This document shows positions 36,867-46,326 of a stretch of 64,000 nt of DNA, one piece after another. The stretch comes from an uncultured bacterium (GTDB lineage: Bacteria; Verrucomicrobiota; Verrucomicrobiia; Verrucomicrobiales; DEV007), in the NCBI GenBank assembly GCA_963977015.1, contig CAXBMO010000002.1, forward strand, positions 192,001 to 256,000, read 5' to 3'. Position numbers and translations under genes: made by a program. The notes under the pieces are model-generated. The model did not search any database and was not told where the DNA came from. It was given only the letters and a program-made list of their open reading frames with translations. Every line of letters begins with the position of its first letter. The stretch's first letter is position 1.

Positions 36867-38369
36867 GTGTCAGCCCACTCGCCAACTCCGCTGCTCGCGA
36901 TGCGCGGAATTTCGAAAAGCTTCCCGGGAGTTCAGGCACTACGAGACGTCGATCTGACCTTGGAAGCGGGGGAGGTTTTGGCGCTTTCCGGCGAGAATGG
37001 CGCAGGAAAGAGCACGCTCATCAAAGTGCTCGGCGGCGCGCATTTGCCCACTTCTGGCGAGGTTATGCTCAAGGGAAAAACCATCACCCTTTCCTCTCCA
37101 ACGATTTCTCAGGAAGCGGGAATCGCGATCATTTACCAGGAATTCAATCTGATCCCGGACATGACGGTTCGGGAGAACCTCTTTCTCGGCCGCGAAATCA
37201 TCGGAAGATTCGGACTGATTGATGAAGAGGCGGAACGCACCCAAGCAAAGGCGTTGTTTCACCGCATCGGAATCAAGATCGATCCGGAAACGCGCTGTCG
37301 TGACCTTACCGTTGCCCAGCAACAGATGGTTGAAATCGCCAAAGCCCTGTTGGTCGATGCGAAAATCCTGGTGATGGACGAACCCTCCGCAGCGCTGACC
37401 GAACAGGAGGTAACCCGGCTGTTGGAAATCATCGGTGAGCTACGCCGCGACGGAATCGGAATGATCTACATCAGCCATCGCCTCGACGAGATTTACCAAA
37501 TTGCCGACCGGGTCACGATTTTGCGCGATGGTGCGACGGTCGGAGGCGGCACGACAGGGGAAATCGACCGCAACCAACTCATCGAGTTGATGGTCGGTCG
37601 CAGCCTCGAAAAGGAATTTCCGCCCCGAAGCTCAACTCCCGGGAACGAGAAGCTGCGGGTCGAAAACCTGAGCCGCCGTCCTTCCGTTCAAGATGTCAGC
37701 TTTGCCGTTCGAACCGGGGAAGTATTGGGACTGGCCGGCCTGGTCGGCGCGGGGCGAACCGAAACCGCACGCCTCATTTTCGGAGCAGACACTCCCGATG
37801 CCGGACGCATTTTTCTCGATGGAAAAGAGATCCCCGTCAAATCGCCGCGCGATGCGATTCGGCAACGGATCTGCCTGCTCACCGAAGACCGCAAGGGGCA
37901 GGGACTCGTGCTCTCCCACAACGTGCGGGAAAACTTTGGCCTGCCCAATCTTCAAGAATTTGAAAACCGGCTGTTCATCGATGGGAAAGCCGAAGCAGCA
38001 GCGTTGACAGCTTACGTCGAAAAGCTCCGAATCAAGATTTCCGGCCATGGTCAATCGGCGGGGAACCTGTCCGGCGGCAACCAACAGAAGGTCGTTCTGG
38101 CGAAGTGGCTGCAACGCAACGCAGACGTCCTCATTTTCGACGAACCGACTCGCGGAATTGACGTCGGCGCGAAGTTTGAAATTTACCGCCTGATCAACGC
38201 GCTGGTCGAAGCGGGCAAAGCGATCATTCTCATCAGCAGCGAACTTCCCGAAATCCTTGGCATGAGTGACCGCATCCTCGTCATGCACGAAGGCAAGATT
38301 CGGGGTGAAGTGACCGATGTGCCAAACGCGACTCAACACGACATTCTCAGCCTCGCGATCCATTCATGA
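36867..38369 (+). CDS. Sugar ABC transporter ATP-binding protein (RbsA-like)
   Basis: Two NBDs; GENGAGKST, LSGGNQQK and DEPTRGIDVGAK. Confidence 0.95.
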   Translation: MSAHSPTPLLAMRGISKSFPGVQALRDVDLTLEAGEVLALSGENGAGKSTLIKVLGGAHLPTSGEVMLKGKTITLSSPTISQEAGIAIIYQEFNLIPDMTVRENLFLGREIIGRFGLIDEEAERTQAKALFHRIGIKIDPETRCRDLTVAQQQMVEIAKALLVDAKILVMDEPSAALTEQEVTRLLEIIGELRRDGIGMIYISHRLDEIYQIADRVTILRDGATVGGGTTGEIDRNQLIELMVGRSLEKEFPPRSSTPGNEKLRVENLSRRPSVQDVSFAVRTGEVLGLAGLVGAGRTETARLIFGADTPDAGRIFLDGKEIPVKSPRDAIRQRICLLTEDRKGQGLVLSHNVRENFGLPNLQEFENRLFIDGKAEAAALTAYVEKLRIKISGHGQSAGNLSGGNQQKVVLAKWLQRNADVLIFDEPTRGIDVGAKFEIYRLINALVEAGKAIILISSELPEILGMSDRILVMHEGKIRGEVTDVPNATQHDILSLAIHS

Positions 38370-39700
38370 AGCAGAAACTCCTCAACGACTACGGCATGGT
38401 TCTGGTGCTGATGGCGCTTTGCCTCCTTTTCAGTCTGGCGACGATTCGCAGGGAATCGGGAAATGGACCCGCCGCAGTCAAAGAACTCGTCTCCGGGCTT
38501 GAGCGACATTCCAAGGCTCATCAAATCGCGATCATTGCCGGTGCGGCGAATTCGGCTTCGGAAGCTCTCGCCCGGAAAGTTGCCAAGGAGATGGAGAGCA
38601 AAGGGAATCTCCAGACTCAGCTCGTGATTGGCAGTCCACGCGATCTCAAACTCGCAGTCGAAGGCATCCAGGCGGCGAACCAGGATCTTGGCGCCATCGC
38701 CATTGGTGGAGATGCCGCAAAGTGGCGGGTTCTGGAGCAAATCCCGGAGAACTTCCCCCGATTCGCCGATGCCAGGATCCTCATTCCCAGCGAGGGCTGG
38801 CAATCCAGTTTTCTCAAAGGCAGCAATCTCATCGCGGTGGTCGATCGCATTGTGGTGATCGCCGTTATCGCCATTGGCATGACGTTCGTCATCATCACGG
38901 GCGGGATTGATCTTTCGGTCGGCAGCTTGATCGCATTCTCGGCCGTGATCAGCACGCTGGTCATGAAAAAACTGGGCGGGCTCGACGCATCGGCCGGGGT
39001 CGTGCTTCTGGGCTTCGCGGCCGGAACCGTGGCATGCGGATTGGTCGGGGCCGGCACGGGCGCCCTGATCGCGAGATTCAAGGTTGCCCCGTTTATCGTC
39101 ACTCTGGGAGTGATGATGATTGCCAGTGGCCTGGCCTTTAAGGTCACCGGTGGGTTTTCGATCTATCAGGTTCCCAAAACCCTCCCCTGGCTGGGGCAGG
39201 CTCGAACCCTGGGCCTGCCAAATACGGTTCTGGTATTGATCTTCCTCTACGTAACCGCCCACATTTTCATGACCCACACGCGGTTGGGCCGCTACATTTA
39301 CGCAGTGGGCGGAAATGCCGAAGCCGCGCGCCTCTCCGGAGTTCCCGTCAAATGGGTCACCGCATTTGTCTATGTCGTCAGCGGAATCATGGCCGGAATT
39401 GGTGGATGCATCCAAGCCTCTCAGGTCAATACCGGAACCCCTACCATGGGCGAAATGTATGAGCTCTACGTCATCGCCGCGGTCGTGGTCGGCGGCACCA
39501 GCCTCTCCGGCGGGTCCGGAAGGATCATCGGCACCCTGATCGGCGCGTTCATCATCGCCGTGATTCAAAACGGCATGAACCTGCTCGGGATTGACGCCTA
39601 CACGCAGAAGGTGGTGCTCGGCTCCGTCATTATCGGAGCCGTGCTGCTCGATCGCGCCCGGCAGGAAGGCGGACTCGCAAATCTGTTTTTATCAACGTGA
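38366..39700 (+). CDS. Sugar ABC transporter permease (RbsC-like) with large periplasmic insertion
   Basis: GGIDLSVGS, GRYIYAVGGNAEAARLSGV and YELYVIAAVVVGGTSLSGG. Confidence 0.92.
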   Translation: MKQKLLNDYGMVLVLMALCLLFSLATIRRESGNGPAAVKELVSGLERHSKAHQIAIIAGAANSASEALARKVAKEMESKGNLQTQLVIGSPRDLKLAVEGIQAANQDLGAIAIGGDAAKWRVLEQIPENFPRFADARILIPSEGWQSSFLKGSNLIAVVDRIVVIAVIAIGMTFVIITGGIDLSVGSLIAFSAVISTLVMKKLGGLDASAGVVLLGFAAGTVACGLVGAGTGALIARFKVAPFIVTLGVMMIASGLAFKVTGGFSIYQVPKTLPWLGQARTLGLPNTVLVLIFLYVTAHIFMTHTRLGRYIYAVGGNAEAARLSGVPVKWVTAFVYVVSGIMAGIGGCIQASQVNTGTPTMGEMYELYVIAAVVVGGTSLSGGSGRIIGTLIGAFIIAVIQNGMNLLGIDAYTQKVVLGSVIIGAVLLDRARQEGGLANLFLST

Positions 39701-39767
39701 GCGAGTCCTCGACAGGTTGACACCGGGCATTGTTGAACCACGATGGGGACATCACCCATCCCACCTT

Positions 39768-40574
39768 ATGCAAACCAGCGGCTCCCTTCGCCCTCCCCAA
39801 TTCCTGATCATCGGAGCCCAGAAATGCGGCAGCTCCTGGTTGTTCTTTCAACTCAATCAGAGCCCTCAGATCTCGATGAATCCGTTGAAGGAAACGCACT
39901 TTTTCATCAAATACGAGGATCCTACCGATGAAGAGTTTGAGGATTATCTGCGCTCCTTTGAGGGGCCGCCAGACTCCATGCTCGGCGAAGCAACCCCGTC
40001 CTACCTGGTTTCTCCTCCGACGGAGGCAACTGAGAAATATCTCCCCTACCTCGGCCAGTTCTTTTTTACGCCGGCGAAGTCCATCAAGAAACGGCTGGGT
40101 CCCAATGTGAAACTGATCGTCACGGTGAAGGATCCGGTGGAGAGAGCGGCTTCCGCCTTCTTTCATCACGTGAATCAGGGACGAATTGAACCCGGCAAAA
40201 CCCTGACCGATCTCGGCAACTTTGGCGGCATCCTTTACCTTGGGTTCTATGGCCAGCATCTCAGTTACTGGCTCCAGCACTTTCCCATCGAGAACTTCCT
40301 CTTCACCTCGCTCTCCGAGATCAAGGAAGACCCCGCTTCCGTGTTGGAAAGGATCGGTGAATTTCTCGAAATCCCCTCCTATCAGGCGCCCCCAACGCTT
40401 CAGCATGGGAAGTACACCAATCCCATGAAAAAGGTCAAAACCGATGAGGGAATTGTGATCGAGGGCATGGAAAACTCCCCACGAATCACGAAGGAGGAAT
40501 TGACCTTCCTCCGCGATCTCTATGCTGAAGACTCCGCCAGGTTCAATGAACTGGTGGGACGCAAACTGCTCTAG
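39768..40574 (+). CDS. Sulfotransferase family protein
   Basis: PQFLIIGAQKCGSS (5'-PSB), KETHFF, GEATPSY and KDPVERAAS (3'-PB). Confidence 0.88.
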   Translation: MQTSGSLRPPQFLIIGAQKCGSSWLFFQLNQSPQISMNPLKETHFFIKYEDPTDEEFEDYLRSFEGPPDSMLGEATPSYLVSPPTEATEKYLPYLGQFFFTPAKSIKKRLGPNVKLIVTVKDPVERAASAFFHHVNQGRIEPGKTLTDLGNFGGILYLGFYGQHLSYWLQHFPIENFLFTSLSEIKEDPASVLERIGEFLEIPSYQAPPTLQHGKYTNPMKKVKTDEGIVIEGMENSPRITKEELTFLRDLYAEDSARFNELVGRKLL

Positions 40575-40581
40575 GCGATCG

Positions 40582-41769
40582 TTACTCGCCTGCGGTGGTT
40601 GCTCGAATGGGATCTGTCTCCGCGTCGTAATCGACACCTTTCAGCCCAAATCCGAACAGGCGGAGAAACTCCGATTGATACCCGGCAAAGTCGGAAATCT
40701 CGTTGAGGTTCTCGGTGTTGACGTCGTTCCAGAGCTTCTCGACGGCGGACTGAACGTCGTCGCGCATTTCCCAATCATCGATCCGAATCCGTCCTTTCTC
40801 GTCGAGCTTCGGCGCATCTCCGCTGGCCAAATGATCGGCAAAGAGACGTTCAATCTGCTCGATGCAACCTTCGTGAATTCCACGCTCTTTCATGTCCTTG
40901 TAAAGGAGGGAAATGTAGAGAGGAACAACCGGAATCGCTGAACTCGCCTGGGTGACGAGCGCTTTGTTGACGGAAACGTAAGCGGTTCCTTCGCCGAGTT
41001 TCTGATTGAGTCGCGCGCAGGATTCTTCCAGGTGCTCCTTCGCTTTGCCGATCGTTCCGTTGGTGTAGATCGGGTAGGTGAGATCCGGCCCAATGTAGGA
41101 ATAGGCTACGGTTTTGACTCCATCGGCAAGAAGATCGGCATCGGCGAGGGCTTCCATCCAGAGTTCCCAGTCTTCGCCACCCATGACTTTGACGGTGTTT
41201 GCGACATCCTCGTCGGTGGCCGGCTCGATCGACACCTGCTCCACTTCGCCCTTATCGGTATTGAGCGTTTTCTGCGTATAGGTCTGGCCGATCGGCTTGA
41301 GGCAGGATTTGTAAACCTGGCCATCGCTCGGATCCACCCGGCGGGGAGATGCCAGGCTGTAGACCACCATGTCGACTTTTCCGAGATCTTCGCGAATCGC
41401 GGCCAACACCTGCTCCTTCATCTCGTTGGAAAAGGCGTCCCCGTTGAAGCTGCGCGCATACAGGCCCTCTTCTTTGGCGGCTTCCTCAAAACCGGCGGTA
41501 TTGTACCAACCCGCGCTTCCCGTTTTTCTCTCCGTGCCAGGTTTTTCGAAGAAAACGCCGATCGTCTTGGCGCCCCCGCCAAAGGCAGGAACGATTCGAG
41601 AGGCGAGTCCATATCCGGTCGAACTTCCGATCACGAGCACGTTTTTCGGCGGATTTTTCAGCTTAGGCTGGGATTTTACGTAGTCAATCTGCTCGCGCAC
41701 ATTGGCGGCACATCCTTCAGGATGGGCCGTCGTGCAGATGAATCCTCGAATTTTGGGCTGGATGATCAT
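40582..41769 (-). CDS. fabV: Enoyl-ACP reductase FabV / trans-2-enoyl-CoA reductase
   Basis: IIQPKIRGFICTTAHPEGC, GSSTGYGLASRI, YSLASP and KALVTQASSAIP. Confidence 0.95.
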   Translation of the reverse strand: MIIQPKIRGFICTTAHPEGCAANVREQIDYVKSQPKLKNPPKNVLVIGSSTGYGLASRIVPAFGGGAKTIGVFFEKPGTERKTGSAGWYNTAGFEEAAKEEGLYARSFNGDAFSNEMKEQVLAAIREDLGKVDMVVYSLASPRRVDPSDGQVYKSCLKPIGQTYTQKTLNTDKGEVEQVSIEPATDEDVANTVKVMGGEDWELWMEALADADLLADGVKTVAYSYIGPDLTYPIYTNGTIGKAKEHLEESCARLNQKLGEGTAYVSVNKALVTQASSAIPVVPLYISLLYKDMKERGIHEGCIEQIERLFADHLASGDAPKLDEKGRIRIDDWEMRDDVQSAVEKLWNDVNTENLNEISDFAGYQSEFLRLFGFGLKGVDYDAETDPIRATTAGE

Positions 41770-41861
41770 TGCTCAAATCTCTAATCCTGAGATGTCGCTA
41801 GTGCAAGACCGTCGGTTTGCGAAATCCGATTTTCCTGTGCCAACCTCAGTCCCCCACCCCC

Positions 41862-42815
41862 ATGAAAATTCTCCTTTCAGTCCTAGCCGCCATTTTCACG
41901 GTCTCGTTCCTCTCCTCCTGCAACGACTCCGGTCCGGAGATGAAGGGAAAGATCGGCGTGACCTGCATGGATCTGACCAATCCCTTCTTCAAGCTGATCG
42001 CCAATGTGATGACGGAAGAAGCCGCGAAGTATGGTTATGAGGTGGTTGCCCTGGATGGAGCGAATGAACCCGGCAAACAAAACTCCCAACTGAAAGATTT
42101 CGCGGCACAGGGATACGATGCCGTTTTCCTGAATCCCGTCGATTCCCGGGCGGTTGGAGAAGGCGTGAAAGGCCTTCACGAGGTCGGAATTCCCGTCTTC
42201 ACATTCGATATTCAAGTGGAGGATCCCACAGCCAAGGATCTGGTTGTCCATCATATCGGCAGCGATAATTTTCAGGGAGGTCAACTTGCCGGAGCCAGCA
42301 TGATGCAAGCAACGGATGATTCCGGGAAAATCGCGATCCTCGGACTGCCGGAAGTTTCCAGCTGCATCCTTCGAGTCCAGGGATTCAAGGATCACCTCGC
42401 CAAAAACAACAGCAAGCTTGAGATCGTGACCGAGCTCAGCGGCGGAGGCAATCGCAATGACGGATTTGCCGTCGCCAACGACATTCTTCAGGCTCATCCC
42501 GACATTGTCGGCATTTTCGCGATCAATGACCCTTCTGCACTGGGAGCTCATGCCGCCGTGACCAAGGCGGGGCGGGCCGACTCCATCAAGATTGTCGCGT
42601 TTGATGCGTCGCCTGCCGGCAAGCAGGGTGTCTTTGAGAAAAAACTGGTGGATACCCCACAGCAATTCCCTCGAAAGATGGCTTTGGGAACGGTCAACGC
42701 CTTCATCAAACACCTTGAAGGTGAGGACCTTCCCAAGAGTGTTTTCATCCCTTGCGAGCACTACCTCTACGAGACTTCATTGACGGACGACAGCCGGATC
42801 AACGAGCAGTGGTAA
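41862..42815 (+). CDS. Sugar ABC transporter substrate-binding lipoprotein (RbsB-like)
   Basis: Lipobox LSSC; LTNPFF, IGSDNFQGG and FAINDPSALGA. Confidence 0.92.
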   Translation: MKILLSVLAAIFTVSFLSSCNDSGPEMKGKIGVTCMDLTNPFFKLIANVMTEEAAKYGYEVVALDGANEPGKQNSQLKDFAAQGYDAVFLNPVDSRAVGEGVKGLHEVGIPVFTFDIQVEDPTAKDLVVHHIGSDNFQGGQLAGASMMQATDDSGKIAILGLPEVSSCILRVQGFKDHLAKNNSKLEIVTELSGGGNRNDGFAVANDILQAHPDIVGIFAINDPSALGAHAAVTKAGRADSIKIVAFDASPAGKQGVFEKKLVDTPQQFPRKMALGTVNAFIKHLEGEDLPKSVFIPCEHYLYETSLTDDSRINEQW

Positions 42816-43076
42816 GCTCAGGGAGCCCTTGCGACAGCCTCCGGCACCGTCAATTTCTTTCCGAGCTTTCGTTCTCCGATGAGGGATGAGGCCCCTCCCC
42901 CAAACTACCTTTCACCTTTATCAAACCGGCATCCCTTTCGGCCTTTTCATTACAGTTTTCCAAATAATTAAGTTTTTCTAATTGTTTGGGCTTGCGAAAT
43001 AGATTCAAGATGGCATCGTTCGACGCCACGTGTCTAACGAGCACGCCCACAAAACTAACTTAATACACTACTCGTA

Positions 43077-43829
43077 ATGAAAATAACCTTCATCTGTCTG
43101 TCCAGCGCCTTGGTCGGTTTCGCCCTCGGTAGCACCGCCTTCGGTGGTGAATACGACAAAGCTCCCATCGTTGATCCTGAGTGCGCCGTTCCTTTCTACG
43201 GAAGCCTTAGCATGGGTTACGACTCCTCCTACCTGTTCCGCGGCGGTCGCTACGGCGATCACGCTCCATGGGCTGGTCTTGATCTGAACTATGACGTAAG
43301 CGACAATCTTACGTGGAATATCGGAACTTGGTATATCAACCCAACTGATGGTCCCTTCGTTGTTAACGATGAGCTGGATGTCTACTCCTACGCTTATTTC
43401 TCCATGTTCGGTCTTGATGCCGCTCTTGGTGGAACCTGGTTCTACTTCCCAGAAGACGGCGGAGACGCCGGTGAAGTGAATCTGGCCCTTACCAAGTCAA
43501 TCGGTAACCTGTTCGATTTCACCTTCGACTATGTCTATGACATTACTTTTGAAGGTCACTACTTCGGATATTATCTCGACAAGACCATCCCTCTTGCCAA
43601 TTGCCTTGATCTGAACTTGGGAACTGGAATCAGCCACGCTAACGACAACTACAACTTTGACGTTCTCGCCGGCGACCACATCTACGTTCAGGCAGGATTG
43701 ACTTTCCACCTCACGGAGTCTGCAGACTTCTCGACCTATATTCTTGGGAACTTCCCTTACTCAGGTCTTGAGGATGCCGGTGAAGAAGACGATGTCTACG
43801 GCGGTGCCAGCATCAGTGTTTCTTTCTAA
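43077..43829 (+). CDS. Outer-membrane beta-barrel protein (putative porin)
   Basis: Signal peptide; GYDSSYLFRG, aromatic-rich amphipathic strands and C-terminal Phe (SISVSF). Confidence 0.82.
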   Translation: MKITFICLSSALVGFALGSTAFGGEYDKAPIVDPECAVPFYGSLSMGYDSSYLFRGGRYGDHAPWAGLDLNYDVSDNLTWNIGTWYINPTDGPFVVNDELDVYSYAYFSMFGLDAALGGTWFYFPEDGGDAGEVNLALTKSIGNLFDFTFDYVYDITFEGHYFGYYLDKTIPLANCLDLNLGTGISHANDNYNFDVLAGDHIYVQAGLTFHLTESADFSTYILGNFPYSGLEDAGEEDDVYGGASISVSF

Positions 43830-43862
43830 AGTATAGCTGACCTAATACTCGAATCGTTGACT

Positions 43863-43898
43863 AGGGTCGATCTCTTCTTGAGATCGGCCCTTTTCTTT
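43863..43898 (+). terminator. Rho-independent terminator
   Basis: AGGGTCGATCTC-TTCTT-GAGATCGGCCCT followed by TTTCTTT. Confidence 0.85.
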
Positions 43899-43907
43899 GT
43901 CCCTTTC

Positions 43908-46283
43908 TCACTGGCGAGGCCGGCCTTGCAGGAGAGCTTCCTGCCAGCTCGCATATTGTCGATTGCCCGGCTGCAACGTCATCAGTCGCTGATTATAAAA
44001 CGCAGCTTGCTCAAAGTCAGCGGCATCCCAACAGATGAGGACAATGCCCGTAAGATACTCGACATTGCTGGGATCCAGTTCGACCGCTTTCTTCAGTTGA
44101 GGAAAAGCCTCCTTGTAGCCGGAAGTTTGATTGAGCCCGACCCCCAGGAAGTAGCGGAGATCAGCACGATCCGGCAGCAATTCGGCGGCGGTCGCAATAT
44201 GGTTCATGCCTTCCTCATATTGCTGAACTCGAACGAGAAAGCGGCCCAACGCCTCATGCGCAAACCCATCTTTCGGCTGTCGCTCAACGCCTTCCCGCAG
44301 AATCGGAGCGGCTTCTTCCGTTCGACCCGTTTGGAAATAGTGTTCCGCCAGGTTGATTCGAGCCGGGATGTACAAGGGATCAATTCGAATCGCAGTCTTG
44401 TAAGCAGCCTCAACTTTGCCCGGCTTATTCTGCTTCTGATAGAGCAGAGCCAACGACATATGTCCCTCCGGCACATCGGCAACCGCCATTTGCGCTTCAA
44501 TGTATTCATCAACCGCTGAATCCAGCGCTTTCAGATCTTCCAATTGAAACTGACGGCGATCAATATCAGCCAACGCTCTGCCAGCTTCAACCCGAACCGC
44601 ACGAATCGGATCGCGAAGCAGAGGAGCTCCCAACTCAATTCTCCGCAGTGGCTGCATCCCCGCAAATTCAATTCCGGAAACGGCATGATGCCGAACAATC
44701 GGATCCTTATCCTGTAACCGGCTCTCGATCGTTTTGAGCGTCAGTTGCGTCGGGTTGTCGACCATGAGATCGAGTGCGCTCGCTCGTGCGATTGCCGGAA
44801 ATTCCTGATTGTTGGCCAAGCGGGCCAATTCCTTCTCCCAAACTTGAGGATCACGATGCCCTTTCACCAGGTGCTCACTGAAATGCGGGCGCGCCTTCTT
44901 ACCCCACCAACCATGAAAGGCATTTGCCGCCCAAGCCGCGTCTTTGTCGGTATGGCAGGTATTACAAGCATTTGGCGTCCCGTAGGTCTTGCTTAAATCC
45001 GGACGCGGAATTCGGATGCTGTGATCACGCCGTTTATCAACCCCCATATAATACTTGGGAGGCATATGGCATTCAATACAGGACGCGCCAGTCGAACCGG
45101 CCTGATGGAAATGGTGCGCAGGTGTATCGTACGTCGCCGGAGTATGGCAGCGACTACAGAGGCTGTTATCCTGAGCATAGGTCTGCATCGTGTGGGGATG
45201 ATGGCAGTCCGAGCATTTTACACTGTTGTGATACATTTTGCTCTGAACGAAGGATCCATAGACGTAGACTTCCTCATCAATCTGGCCATCGCCATGGTAG
45301 TGCAAAGGCGTTAGCACGGTCGGAATATAGGAGTCCAATAACGTCTGGCCATAAAGACGCTTTTCCTGCAATGGTTGCCGGTGCGCGTGACATGGCGCGC
45401 AGGTCTCCACCTGGTTCTGGTTTTCGAGCGGCTTGGTCCGTTTCGGCTGACCGGACTCCGGATCGATGGCCCAAACTCCACCATCCTTCCGCAGATCAAC
45501 CAACAAGCCAAAATTCCCATCCATTCCCGTTGTTGGTGTGGTTCCTTCCTTCAACGCATTAGCCCATTTGAGATGTTCGGACGCCGGGCCGTGACAAGCT
45601 TCACATGAAACGTTCATCTCCGACCAACTCGTATCGTAAGAATTCGTCTCGACGTCGAAGTTCTTCGCCAGATTCGTCGAATGACAATCCGCACACATGT
45701 AGTTCCAGTTAAAGTGTCGCCTCGTCCAATGAAGGACGTCATCCGGCGGAATCTCCTCGTCCTGATAGAGGTGATACCATCGCTGCCCTCCCTCCCCCTT
45801 CGGGCGGGTGTCCCAACAAATGTTCAACGCCTGCAATCGCCCTCCAGGAAACGGGATGAGGTATTGCTGCAACGGCGTAATGCCAAACGTGTAAGTGACC
45901 TGAAAGTCTTTTCGCTCGCCATCCCCGTCCTCAGTATTGACCCAGAATTCGTCCCCCTTCCGGAAAAAACGGGTGGTCCTCCCAAAATGCTCAAACGTGG
46001 CGTCGTCAAAATCGGCCAGGACGGTTTCCGGGGTCGCTTCCTGCATGGCGGCATGGTGATGGGATTTTGACCAATCATCATAGGCCTGGGCATGGCATTC
46101 GCGGCAGGAATTCGCTCCAACAAACTCGTGCCCGACCGATGGATCACGTACCGGAGGCTCAAAAAGGGCATTGAGGACTGCTTTTTCCTCGGAAGTTCTT
46201 ACGACCTCGGGAGGCTCATCTTCTCGGCATGAAACAACGAAAACGCAGCAAAATAGCGTAGCAATTCGGAACAGTGAAGACAT
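43908..46283 (-). CDS. Octaheme c-type cytochrome lipoprotein with HEAT/TPR repeats
   Basis: Eight CxxCH motifs (CRECH, CADCH, CEACH, CAPCH, CSDCH, CSRCH, CIECH, CNTCH); VVSC lipobox; C-terminal TPRs. Confidence 0.92.
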   Translation of the reverse strand: MSSLFRIATLFCCVFVVSCREDEPPEVVRTSEEKAVLNALFEPPVRDPSVGHEFVGANSCRECHAQAYDDWSKSHHHAAMQEATPETVLADFDDATFEHFGRTTRFFRKGDEFWVNTEDGDGERKDFQVTYTFGITPLQQYLIPFPGGRLQALNICWDTRPKGEGGQRWYHLYQDEEIPPDDVLHWTRRHFNWNYMCADCHSTNLAKNFDVETNSYDTSWSEMNVSCEACHGPASEHLKWANALKEGTTPTTGMDGNFGLLVDLRKDGGVWAIDPESGQPKRTKPLENQNQVETCAPCHAHRQPLQEKRLYGQTLLDSYIPTVLTPLHYHGDGQIDEEVYVYGSFVQSKMYHNSVKCSDCHHPHTMQTYAQDNSLCSRCHTPATYDTPAHHFHQAGSTGASCIECHMPPKYYMGVDKRRDHSIRIPRPDLSKTYGTPNACNTCHTDKDAAWAANAFHGWWGKKARPHFSEHLVKGHRDPQVWEKELARLANNQEFPAIARASALDLMVDNPTQLTLKTIESRLQDKDPIVRHHAVSGIEFAGMQPLRRIELGAPLLRDPIRAVRVEAGRALADIDRRQFQLEDLKALDSAVDEYIEAQMAVADVPEGHMSLALLYQKQNKPGKVEAAYKTAIRIDPLYIPARINLAEHYFQTGRTEEAAPILREGVERQPKDGFAHEALGRFLVRVQQYEEGMNHIATAAELLPDRADLRYFLGVGLNQTSGYKEAFPQLKKAVELDPSNVEYLTGIVLICWDAADFEQAAFYNQRLMTLQPGNRQYASWQEALLQGRPRQ

Positions 46284-46326
46284 TGGAAGAACTCTAGCCG
46301 GGCCTCTCTTTCAGGCAAACGACAGT

